A stretch of 64,000 bases of DNA from Nitrospirales bacterium (GTDB lineage: Bacteria; Nitrospirota; Nitrospiria; Nitrospirales; UBA8639). Each line of letters starts with the position of its first letter. Position 1 is the first letter of the stretch. Shown here one piece after another: positions 1 through 9,287 of the stretch. The position numbers were made by a program, and so were the translations under genes. The notes under the pieces are model-generated. The model was not told the origin of the DNA. It ran no database searches and was given only the letters and a program-made list of their open reading frames with translations. The stretch lies in assembly GCA_965203295.1 (NCBI GenBank), contig CBDBCZ010000019.1, forward strand, positions 1,536,001-1,600,000, written 5' to 3'.

Positions 1-209
1 AGAAAACGTTCATCAGAACATTGTGGAGTGAGGAATTTTCGGGAAGATTCCAGACGCGTCACGAGTTGATCGACTTGTTTAAGAATAATTTCGGAATTTT
101 TGCTCGGATGCGAAAGAAGATCTGCTAAATTCCAGCGTGGGGGATTTTTCGGAGAAATAGGAGAAATAAATGATGCTCCACGAGAATGTTTGGCAGTTCT
201 CCTAGTCAT
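1..209 (-). CDS. Probable M3 oligoendopeptidase (PepF-like), N-terminal part only; runs off the window edge
   Basis: Manual translation from ATG at 209 (RBS AGGAAG): MTRRTAKH...NPPRWNLADLLSHP..., open to position 1. P-x-W-N-L-x-D-L resembles the PepF N-terminal motif. Confidence 0.5.
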   Translation of the reverse strand, partial: MTRRTAKHSRGASFISPISPKNPPRWNLADLLSHPSKNSEIILKQVDQLVTRLESSRKFLTPQCSDERF

Positions 210-246
210 TGCTTCTTCCTAATTTTTTACCTGTGAAATCGTCATT

Positions 247-278
247 ATATCCTCATATCCTTATATCCTCATATCCTT
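247..278. repeat. Tandem repeat (ATATCCTY)x4
   Basis: atatcctc atatcctt atatcctc atatcctt read directly. Confidence 0.9.
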
Positions 279-432
279 CAACAGCATTGATGTCTCTCTC
301 GTAAAAGGCTTTGACACGATGCGGATCTTATTTGCCATATCTCGGGAAGATAGTCCATAGAATCTCAGTTTTCCTAACTGAAGCAAGAGAGATTATAAAA
401 AAGCGAAATAGAGTGATTTTATATTGCTAATA

Positions 433-450
433 TGTAAATTATAATTTACA
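433..450. promoter_or_regulatory. Perfect 18-bp palindrome TGTAAATTATAATTTACA, candidate operator of the adjacent regulator
   Basis: Perfect palindrome 26 bp upstream of the regulator start; two degenerate copies at 1860-1899. Confidence 0.65.
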
Positions 451-476
451 ATAACTTTTATTAATAGGAAAAACCA

Positions 477-1643
477 ATGATTTCAGTGAATCGAGCTCAA
501 ACGATCATCAATGATCTTAAAAAACTTCGAGTTACTGCGGGTTATTCTCGTCAAGACTTAGCGCAAAAAGTCGGATTGACTCGACAGGCTATCCATGCCA
601 TCGAGCGCAATCAGTATTTACCCAGTACAGAAGTGTCGTTGAGGCTAGCCGAGGTTCTTGGATGCTCAGTTGAGGATTTGTTTCGGGTCAAGTCTGATGG
701 GATCATTCTTGGAGCCAAGGTTGTGGGTTCAATCCCGAATGATTTTCCGACAACACGCGCAAAGGTGACATTCGTGGGAGGACGTTTTCTTGCAATACCC
801 GTAGCTGAATTTGGAGATATCTTAAATTTTACTGTGGCAGCGGATGGACTCATCCTTGGGCTGATGCAGACTGAGAGGGGGTGGGTTCTACGCAAAGAAA
901 GTCAGGTCGGTGTGCAGTTGTTCAGGGATCTTCGTGTACTGAAGGAGCAAATTGTCATTGCAGGATGCGACCCTGCTATTTTTTTAGCAGAGGAACACTT
1001 CCGTCGATGCCATGGAGAAGCGACAGTCATTGGATGGCCCATGGGAAGCCTGGCTGCACTCCAAGCCCTAAAGCGAGGTGAAGTTCATATTGCTGGAATT
1101 CATGTGGTGGATCATGGGTCGGGAGAATTCAATCTTCCCTTTTTAAAAAAACACCTCAAGGGAAAGGATTTCACCGTAATACGATTTGCTGCTTGGATGC
1201 AGGGATTCTTAGTGAAGAAAGGGAATCCTAAGCGAGTGAAGCAAGTTTCCGATATCACAAAAAGAGGAGTACGTTTGATAAATCGAGAAGAAGGAGCTGG
1301 TGCGCGAATCCTTCTGGACGGTTTACTGGAAGCCAATGGCATTCCTGCCACTGCCGTGAGTGGTTACCCTCACCTTGTACGCTCACATCTTGAAGTAGGA
1401 AAAACCATTATGGAAAACAGCGTTGACGTTGGTATAGGGGTCGAGTCTGCTGCGAAATTGTACGGATTGGATTTTGTCCCACTTCAAGAAGAACGTTACG
1501 ACTTTGTCATCCCTAACCAGTACCTTTGTGGGCATCCTCGTATTTCGGAATTCCTTGATGTGTTGGTAAGCAGGCCACTGCGTACTGAAATTGAAGCCTT
1601 GGGAGGCTATGACACCAAAGAGATTGGAAAAATAATTGCATAG
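477..1643 (+). CDS. Transcriptional regulator: XRE HTH fused to a PBP-like (molybdate-binding type) domain
   Basis: N-terminal HTH (SRQDLAQKVGLTRQAIHAIE). C-terminal PBP_like motifs (GSLAALQALKRGEVHIAGIH, INREEGAGAR, GLDFVPLQEERYD). Lies upstream of modABC. Confidence 0.85.
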   Translation: MISVNRAQTIINDLKKLRVTAGYSRQDLAQKVGLTRQAIHAIERNQYLPSTEVSLRLAEVLGCSVEDLFRVKSDGIILGAKVVGSIPNDFPTTRAKVTFVGGRFLAIPVAEFGDILNFTVAADGLILGLMQTERGWVLRKESQVGVQLFRDLRVLKEQIVIAGCDPAIFLAEEHFRRCHGEATVIGWPMGSLAALQALKRGEVHIAGIHVVDHGSGEFNLPFLKKHLKGKDFTVIRFAAWMQGFLVKKGNPKRVKQVSDITKRGVRLINREEGAGARILLDGLLEANGIPATAVSGYPHLVRSHLEVGKTIMENSVDVGIGVESAAKLYGLDFVPLQEERYDFVIPNQYLCGHPRISEFLDVLVSRPLRTEIEALGGYDTKEIGKIIA

Positions 1644-1859
1644 ATCATGGGCGCACAAGAGGGCATGATAAGATTGTGCGGCTACAAATAACCTGCCTAC
1701 TTCTTTGATTTCCAGGGTCCTAAGTCTTGCCGTGGGGTATCTCATGCCACCACAATTTTGCATCCTTACTTAAAATCTTCAATAACCTATGTCACTGCTT
1801 TTTATGCTTTTTTTACATCAATTAATCTTGCAATACATCAATCTTGATATTCTTTTATA

Positions 1860-1899
1860 TGTAAATTTAAATTGACTAATATGTAATTATTAAATTACT
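1860..1899. promoter_or_regulatory. Two tandem degenerate copies of the 433-450 palindrome upstream of the porin-modABC operon
   Basis: TGTAAATTTAAATTGACT (1860-1877) and TGTAATTATTAAATTACT (1882-1899). The flank CTAATATGTAA also occurs at 427-437. Confidence 0.6.
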
Positions 1900-1913
1900 A
1901 TAATTACTCCTAT

Positions 1914-3474
1914 TTGGAATCATTGAAATTTCTAAAAGTTCCCAGGAAGAAATTTCAAGTGAAGAGAAAGCTTAAAAGAGACAACCACCTAAAAAATTCA
2001 ATTCTTGTGAGCATCATTGGGTTGTGCTCGACCGTTTTCGCGATAGATGGCGGGGTGCCGCATGTTCTTGCCAGCGAAAAATTTCCAAGTTCCTCGTCTT
2101 CGTCATTCCATTAGGTCGTGACGGAACGAATTCGCACGTCGCTGGAAGGGAAACCCTGGCAGGAGCAACCGGATCATGTGCTTTATCACTTGTCCGAACA
2201 GAAGTGGAGCCGGGTATTACGAGATGCCCTGGGGCTTCCAAATTGGGTGGAATTCAGCCTGCGAAATCGGACCCGATTCGAGTCAGTTTCGCATACCTGG
2301 CGTCGAGGGCAATTAGGTCAGACCGATGTGCAAGTGGTTCAAAAATCCAATATTCGGTTAGGTGCGACGCGGGGCCCGTTTTCCATCTTGTTCGAAGGCT
2401 ATGATGCCCGCACGAATTTCCAGGACCTCCCAAATGATTTCAATGGAGCCTCTCTCATCAATCATACGGATATCTTACAGTTATTCGCTTCCGGTACGTT
2501 TCATGACACATTTGGAACCGGTCTTCGGGCGGATGTTCACGTTGGGCGGTTTACCTTTGATTTTGGATCTAACCGATTGGTCGGCCGGAATGTGTTTCCC
2601 AATGTGGTGAATGCCTTTGACGGGCTACATGTGAACGTGGGGCAGGGACAGGAGTGGCGGGGGCGTGCTTTTATTGCGCAGCCCAGGTTGTTAAAACGTA
2701 AGCAATTGGATACGCAGAGTGCCAGGCAAGTGTTCTGGGGCACGCTAGTCGAGTTTAAACAAAATCCATGGGCGATCGTGGGACCCTACTATCTAGGCCT
2801 GAATGACTCGATACGTCCTATCCGGCTGGTAATCAATACATTTGGATTGCGGGTTCATAAAGAGCCAGGGATGAATGGCCTGAAAGGCTTTGAATATGAA
2901 CTCGAAGGCGCTCTCCAAACGGGCACGCGCGGGCAAACAGACCACTTTGCCTATATGGGAGTGGCGGCAGTGGGGTTATACCTTCAGTGCGCCATGGAGT
3001 CCGCGTTTTCGCGTACTCTATGAATATGCCAGTGTCACGCGTACTCCAGGCGGCAGTCAAAATCAAACGTTCGATCCGCTGTTCAGCCTTCGTCGTTTCG
3101 ACATGATGGTGACCGGAAATTTTGGACCGTTTTTTCGCTCCAACCTCAGTTCTCCAGGCTGGAGAATCGATGTGCACCCCTCTAAGGGTTTAAGAGTATG
3201 GTTGAAGCAACGGTTCTGGTATTTGGCGCAAGCAAGAGATGCCTTTGTAGGATCCGGACTTCAGGATTTAACCGGAAATTCAGGCAATTATCTTGGGCAT
3301 GAATTGGAATTAACAACGATGTGGAAGATCCATTCAAATCTTATTCTGGATGCTGGATATGAGCATTGGTTCAAGGGCAGCTATTTTGAACGCTTGCCAG
3401 CTTCCGCGGGACTTCCCCCGGGTGGAGAAAAAGATACGGACTATTTCTATTTCAGTATTGAGGTCAGATTATAG
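1914..3474 (+). pseudogene. Alginate-export-family outer-membrane porin, disrupted
   Basis: Signal-peptide fragment, in-frame TAG at 2112-2114, and a frameshift in a G-run near 2972. Beta-barrel motifs GRFTFDFGSNRLVGRN, FDPLFSLRRFD and C-terminal DTDYFYFSIEVRL. Confidence 0.75.
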
Positions 3475-3541
3475 GTGATCATTGTCGGAAAGAGACGAAA
3501 AAGATGAGAGATGATCCACTTTTTCCTAGGATAGATCGAAA

Positions 3542-4303
3542 ATGATTATCCGAATTCATATTTTTTCCCTCATGTTCTTTTTTCAGATATTTTTATCCCC
3601 CGCCGTTGCTGAAGAAATCCAGGCTGCAGTCGCGGCCAATTTTCTTGCCACCTTTAAACAGATTGCTACGCAGTTTGAACAAGATACTGGACATGTGGTT
3701 GTTATCAGTCCTGGCTCAAGTGGAAAACTGTATGCCCAAATTCAAAATGGCGCACCGTTCGATATCTTTTTCTCAGCCGATGTTCATCGCCCCAAACTTC
3801 TGGAACGTGAAGGTCTTGCTGTCAAAGGAAGCCGCTTTACCTATGCCATAGGCCGATTAACCCTATGGAGCCACGATCTCAACTTAGTAAATGGGGATGG
3901 AAAATTCGTTCTATCGAATCAGAATTTTGAACACGTGGCTATCGCCAATCCCAAAACCGCTCCCTATGGTCAGGCTGCTGCCCAGACGATAAAAACCCTA
4001 GGATTATGGAAGCACGTTAAAAATAGGCTTGTTCAAGGGGAGAATATCGGACAAACCTTTCAATTTGTTTTCTCTCAGAATGCCCAACTTGGGTTTGTCG
4101 CTCTTTCTCAAGTTTTGGACCCCAAAATCAACGGGACGGGGAGTCGCTGGGATGTGCCATCTGATTTTTATGATCCGTTGCAGCAACAAGCGGTGCTTTT
4201 GGTCAAAGGGCAAACTAACATAGCTGCCAGTACCTTTTTAGACTATCTCAAAAAGCCAAAGGCTCAGGAGATTATTAAACGGTTTGGATATGGACTCGAA
4301 TAA
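3542..4303 (+). CDS. modA: Molybdate ABC transporter substrate-binding protein
   Basis: Signal peptide; AVAANF, GSSGKLYAQIQNGAPFDIFFSAD, IANPKTAPYG. Confidence 0.95.
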   Translation: MIIRIHIFSLMFFFQIFLSPAVAEEIQAAVAANFLATFKQIATQFEQDTGHVVVISPGSSGKLYAQIQNGAPFDIFFSADVHRPKLLEREGLAVKGSRFTYAIGRLTLWSHDLNLVNGDGKFVLSNQNFEHVAIANPKTAPYGQAAAQTIKTLGLWKHVKNRLVQGENIGQTFQFVFSQNAQLGFVALSQVLDPKINGTGSRWDVPSDFYDPLQQQAVLLVKGQTNIAASTFLDYLKKPKAQEIIKRFGYGLE

Positions 4304-4324
4304 CAGGAAACGAGGAATGAGGGG

Positions 4325-5008
4325 ATGAGTCTATCCGAAATGGATTGGAGTCCATTATGGTTGACCATACAATTGGCAGCGGTGACGGTCATTGTGCTGC
4401 TGATTGTGGGAACTCCATTGGCGTGGTGGCTGGCCTTCACCAAGTCGCGGTTTAGGACCATGGTAGAGGCGATTGTGGCACTGCCCATTGTTCTTCCACC
4501 GACGGTCCTTGGTTTTTATCTGTTGGTCGCACTTGGTCCACATGGCCTAATTGGTGGACCATGGAAAGACCTTACCGGATCAGCGCTCTCCTTTACCTTT
4601 ACAGGGTTGGTCATCGCCTCGACGTTCTACTCGCTTCCATTTGTTGTTCAGCCCTTGCATGGGGCCTTCGAAGCTGTTGGGAAAAAACCATTAGAGGTGG
4701 CCTGGTCATTGCGAGCTTCCAAATTGGATACCTTTTTCACGGTGGCATCACCCATGGCTATTCGAGGATATTTGAGCGCAATCGTATTGGGCTTCGCCCA
4801 CACCCTTGGAGAATTTGGCGTCGTTCTTATGGTAGGAGGAAATATTCCGGGTGTGACCAAAGTGCTTTCCATTTCGATCTACGATCATGTCGAAGTGCTC
4901 GAATATGCCCAAGCCCATTTTCTGTCGGTATTCCTTCTGATATTTAGCTTCCTGATACTCACCGTAGTGTACACGGTGAATCGACGCCTTCCTATACATG
5001 TCTCATGA
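4325..5008 (+). CDS. modB: Molybdate ABC transporter permease
   Basis: LPIVLPPTVLGFYLL, FAHTLGEFGVVLMVGGNIPGVT. Confidence 0.95.
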   Translation: MSLSEMDWSPLWLTIQLAAVTVIVLLIVGTPLAWWLAFTKSRFRTMVEAIVALPIVLPPTVLGFYLLVALGPHGLIGGPWKDLTGSALSFTFTGLVIASTFYSLPFVVQPLHGAFEAVGKKPLEVAWSLRASKLDTFFTVASPMAIRGYLSAIVLGFAHTLGEFGVVLMVGGNIPGVTKVLSISIYDHVEVLEYAQAHFLSVFLLIFSFLILTVVYTVNRRLPIHVS

Positions 5009-6102
5009 GCACATTGACTGTCCAATTCGAGGTTCAGTACCCCAACTTTCAATTTCAAGCATCACTTGAAATTCCCCTGAAAGGCGTCACCGCCGTCTTT
5101 GGTCCCTCAGGATGTGGAAAAACCACTTTGCTACGCTGTCTAGCAGGGCTTGAGCGCTCTCCCACAGGGGCAATTCGGTTTGGAAACGCTGTATGGCAAG
5201 ATGAAACACAAGGGACATTTCTACCGATATCCCGACGTCCTATTGGGTATGTGTTCCAAGAACCTCGCCTTTTCCCCCACCTCTCTGTCCAGTCCAATCT
5301 GGAGTTTGGGCTAAAGCGAACTTCCAAAGAACAGCAAAGACTTTCTTTTGAGCAGATCGTGGATATCCTCGGCATTCAACACCTCTTAGAGCAACGACTG
5401 CATCATCTCTCGGGAGGGGAGCAACAGCGAGTGGCCATAGGTCGTGCGTTGTTAACGAGTCCGGATCTTTTACTCATGGACGAACCGCTCAGTTCTCTGG
5501 ATTTCACACGAAAGCGAGAAATTCTGCCGTTTATCCAACGATTGGATACCGAGTTGCGAATGCCCATCATTTATGTGAGTCATTCCATGCAAGAAGTTTT
5601 ACAATTAGCGACAACGTTGGTTCTGCTCAAAGACGGTCGAGTGACATGCGTTGGACCGTTGAGCGAGGTGTTTTCTCAGCTCGACTCAAGATCTGTCATG
5701 GAGGAAAGTCATATCGGAGCTGTCATTGATACGATGGTGGAGGCCCATGAACCTGAATATGGTTTAACAAAACTCGCATTTGGGAGTCGTCATCTCTATG
5801 TCCCCCATCAAGATCAACCGGTAGGGGATCGACTACGAGTGCAGATTCTTTCAAGAGACGTCAGTATCATCACGAGCCCTCCGGCCTTTCAAAGCAGTGT
5901 CCTCAATATCTTAGAGGCCACCGTGACCGAAATCGGAACAGTCGATCTAAAATATCCCTTTGTGGATATTAAACTAGATATTGGCTGGCCCTTTCTAGCG
6001 ACAATTACCCGCAAATCCCTCTCAGCGTTAGCTCTTCATCCCGGTCAACAGGTTTATGCTCAGATCAAAGCCGTAGCGTTGCGGCAGGATTTCCTTGATT
6101 GA
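5005..6102 (+). CDS. modC: Molybdate ABC transporter ATPase with C-terminal TOBE domain
   Basis: Walker A GPSGCGKTT, LSGGEQQRVAIGRALL, TOBE end PGQQVYAQIKAV. Confidence 0.95.
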   Translation: MSTLTVQFEVQYPNFQFQASLEIPLKGVTAVFGPSGCGKTTLLRCLAGLERSPTGAIRFGNAVWQDETQGTFLPISRRPIGYVFQEPRLFPHLSVQSNLEFGLKRTSKEQQRLSFEQIVDILGIQHLLEQRLHHLSGGEQQRVAIGRALLTSPDLLLMDEPLSSLDFTRKREILPFIQRLDTELRMPIIYVSHSMQEVLQLATTLVLLKDGRVTCVGPLSEVFSQLDSRSVMEESHIGAVIDTMVEAHEPEYGLTKLAFGSRHLYVPHQDQPVGDRLRVQILSRDVSIITSPPAFQSSVLNILEATVTEIGTVDLKYPFVDIKLDIGWPFLATITRKSLSALALHPGQQVYAQIKAVALRQDFLD

Positions 6103-6264
6103 TTTTGTGCATGGCTTGGCTTGTGGCAATAGGCGCTGTTCATTTGATTAAAGGGGAAATAAATGATGTCTTACCCCAAATTTTGTCAGAGATGGAAGCG
6201 CAAGTTTCGTTCATTTTTATATTGACGAAGGGGTCCAATCCATGATACTCATATCCGCAGATTT

Positions 6265-6609
6265 GTGAATATATCCTATGGGACAAAAAAAACATTTGGG
6301 CAGATCATTCGGGATAAACGGCAAGAGCTTGGCTTAAGCCAAAAAGAACTTGCCAATAAAATAAGAAAGGAAGATGGCTCGTCAATATCTCCGCAGTACG
6401 AAAACGATATAGAGTTTGATCGACGTGATCCTCCCTCTGAAGACATGATACGGCAATATGCCAAGATTCTTGGATTGCCTGTTGAAGCCCTAATACTTGC
6501 AGCAGGAAGAGTTCCAGCGGATCTAAGGTCTTTTGCTGCCAGAAGGCCTGACCAGGCCCAGGAGGTTTTTCAGGCTTTCAGGAAAAAGGCCGAGAGAACT
6601 GATTCATGA
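6265..6609 (+). CDS. XRE-family HTH repressor
   Basis: TFGQIIRDKRQELGLSQKELA...YENDIEFDRRDPPS; overlaps the next gene (ATGA). Confidence 0.85.
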   Translation: MNISYGTKKTFGQIIRDKRQELGLSQKELANKIRKEDGSSISPQYENDIEFDRRDPPSEDMIRQYAKILGLPVEALILAAGRVPADLRSFAARRPDQAQEVFQAFRKKAERTDS

Positions 6610-7259
6610 AATGGGTGAAAGATAATACAGGGCGATTTCCTGAAAGGCCTCACTACGACCAGAATGAGATCGATACGGATGATATAACCGTAATGATTGA
6701 GAGTGCAGGTGCGGATCTCGATCTCTACGCCGACCTTTCGTCATACGGGGCAAACGTCGAGGGAGTTGCCGAGTTCTCCTATGGCAAGAAACCTCTTGTC
6801 CAGATTTCTTGTCTCCTGAGCGAAAACCCTAAAATGAAAAACCGTTTTCGCACGACCCTGACTCATGAGTGTGGTCACGTCAAGTTTCATCGCTTTTTAT
6901 GGGAAATGAAGGCCACCAATCGGTCTTTGTTTCCTTGTGTTGGTAATACAGCGCAGATTTGCATGCGTGAAAAGATTCTTACAACAGGGGCTTATGATTG
7001 GATGGAATGGCAGGCCAGTTATAGTTGCGGTGCATTCTTAATGCCGATTAGTAATCTTTGCAGTACTTCTCGGGGGTTCATGTTACGACAGGGAACAGGA
7101 CCGTTTTCAATTGACCAAGTGACTCAGGAAGCGGAGGCATTGATTCAGTGTGTTATGAGGACATACGAGGTTTCTAGGGATGCAGCACGAGTTCGTTTAA
7201 TTCAAGTAAGCTTATTGTCTAGTGGGGAAAAGGGGCTACAAACACCCTTGTGGGGGTAG
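6606..7259 (+). CDS. ImmA/IrrE-family Zn metallopeptidase
   Basis: RFRTTLTHECGH (HExxH), MEWQASYSCGAFLMP, YEVSRDAARVRL. Confidence 0.8.
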   Translation: MKWVKDNTGRFPERPHYDQNEIDTDDITVMIESAGADLDLYADLSSYGANVEGVAEFSYGKKPLVQISCLLSENPKMKNRFRTTLTHECGHVKFHRFLWEMKATNRSLFPCVGNTAQICMREKILTTGAYDWMEWQASYSCGAFLMPISNLCSTSRGFMLRQGTGPFSIDQVTQEAEALIQCVMRTYEVSRDAARVRLIQVSLLSSGEKGLQTPLWG

Positions 7260-7465
7260 TTTTTTTTGAGATAAGAGTATGCTAATCAGCGGATTATTGA
7301 ATTTTATAATCTAGGGAAAGGAGGTTAAAATTGTGGTCTGGGATGCAAAACATTTGCCGAACATTTGTTCAAACATGGTCTCGGTAATGCCATTTGAGTT
7401 TTATGAAGGTGTCATTGAGCTTGGCGATTGCAATTAACAATTGAACCGAAAGGAGACAACTAACT

Positions 7466-7674
7466 ATGGCCAGAAAATCAAACACAACAACATATGGCAG
7501 ATTTTTTCCCAATATGAAGTGGAAGCCGTTTGGCAAAAAGGGCAGATACAACCAGGATATGATCCAAGGATTTATCGAAAGGATCGATGCGGTCAATGGA
7601 TGAAACGGTCAGCATATGGAACCACTGGTGATTATGGGTGGGAGATCGACCACACCTTCCAAGGTTTAATTTAG
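7466..7674 (+). pseudogene. HNH endonuclease fragment, frameshifted and truncated
   Basis: RBS AGGAG then ATG at 7466 (MARKSNTTTYGRF); frameshift in a T-run near 7505 into EAVWQKG..YRKDRCG..YGWEIDH; homology stops right after EIDH. Confidence 0.65.
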
Positions 7675-7782
7675 CGAGAACTCCCCGTCCGGAATGGCGG
7701 GGATGAGAGCCGGGTCCTGTGAAGCAGGACGAGCGTAGTTCGTATTCAAAAGCACCACGTCCGTAAGGGCGTGGGTATCTAT
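7668..7782 (-). mobile_element. IS200/IS605-like non-autonomous mini-element (two subterminal hairpins)
   Basis: Hairpins CCCCGTC-CGGAAT-GGCGGGG (7683-7702) and CCACGTCC-GTAA-GGGCGTGG (7755-7774), plus internal GTCCTG/CAGGAC; no ORF; sits where the HNH gene is cut. Confidence 0.55.
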
Positions 7783-7961
7783 AAGGTATACTTGCATAAT
7801 GAAAAGTGCCTAATCAGATAAAATCGGAGGTGCCGAGTGGAAAAGTGTAATACACCTTTTCCCAACCCTCCATTTTTTCTTTTAGGCCGGGTTTCGCCCC
7901 GGCTAAATAAGAAATGGGGTTTGACAGTCCGATAAATATGGAAAGTCGAAAAATGTTGCCG

Positions 7962-8873
7962 TCACAATCCTGACCTCAATGGTATCGGCAGTTCTTTCTT
8001 TTCTCTTTTCTTCTCTGGCTTTCTTCTGAGATCTGGTCTGGCATCAAGAATCCAGACAATGGCCTGCTCGTTATAGCTTCGTAATTGGCTATGTATATGC
8101 CAGCGTATGTCGTTCACGGAATCAATATACTTGTCAAAATCATCTTGTGTTATGACCTCCGGTGCTACGTCTAACAACGTTCGAAGCAGTCCGCTTTCAC
8201 AACCGGAGGCTTGCTCCTGAAATGCCGAAAAAACAAAATATTTGGCTAAATCCAGCCGGTGGCATAACACACGGGCAAGTTGATTGTAATTTCTTTCCTT
8301 GTTCTCCTTTCCGCCAACCCCAATGATGTCCTCTCCATAAAGATAGACCTTTTCGAATGTAATGACGTCCGATGCTTTTTCCAGTAGCGTGTTAAACAAC
8401 TTGGTGCTCACGCTCAACAATTGCTCGTCAAAAGCCAGGGAAACCGTATGTCTCGCCATTTCAGGACGTTGCCATAACATATCAATCATCCGACCAAAAC
8501 ACGCTTTCTGGGTTTTTCTATCAAGGTAATCGATGATGGACTCGATCATTTTAATATCTTCTCTGGTAATGAGAGAGCAATCTCTTCGAATGATTTCTTT
8601 CGCCTTTCTGGTTCTACTCCGTACCAGTTTTATTTTGGAGCCGCCGTTCAGCATATGCGCATTATCGTAATCAGCCCGCTTTTCTTCATTACTGAGCACT
8701 TCATAGGCTTCGTTTATGTCGAACATCCTTTCCTTTGCTGCTTGCCGTTTTCATTGTGGGACTACATCCTCATGGTTTTCCTTGACAAATGTCCGCCATG
8801 CACTCTGGACTTCCTTGAGGAGCGCATCTTCAGGCACACCGAGGATTTGGTAGTAGTTTGATCCGTTAATCAT
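7962..8873 (-). pseudogene. J-domain (DnaJ-like) protein with an in-frame TGA
   Basis: MINGSNYYQILGVPEDA...KENHEDVVPQ*KRQAAKERMFDINEAYEVLSNEEKRADYD; TGA at 8751-8753 in frame with the 254-aa ORF. Confidence 0.75.
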
Positions 8874-9287
8874 TTTCTGAGCGTAGAACGAGTCGGGGTT
8901 AGCTCTCTCCCTTACATCTCAACCCCATGCTTACAAAGGTGAATGTCATTTGTTTTGGTGATATTGTGCGTAAGTTCGCTAAAAATACGGAGATGTTATG
9001 GCGAAAAATGGCGTCAGCTTTGTCGTGCCATGACAAGGTTTCTCTCTCTAAGGGGGAGGTTTAGAATTTACAGGTGGATCCAATACTACATTGGTCATCA
9101 CAGATGGTTGTTGTTCTTCATCTTTCGAATTTCCTGAAAAATTTACAAGCTTTTTTATCTCAAACACAAACAGACTCAGTTCGAGATGGGCTGTGCAGTT
9201 TTATCTTCATTTCGGCTAGAAGGCCCATACCTACTTGATCGTGATATGATGACCGAGTTACTTGATGGTTAGAACTCAAGGGATTTT

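Noticed and set aside
9180..9280. nhaA-associated riboswitch
   Set aside because: Only a weak TGGGC/GCCCA stem; consensus not recognisable without cmscan.
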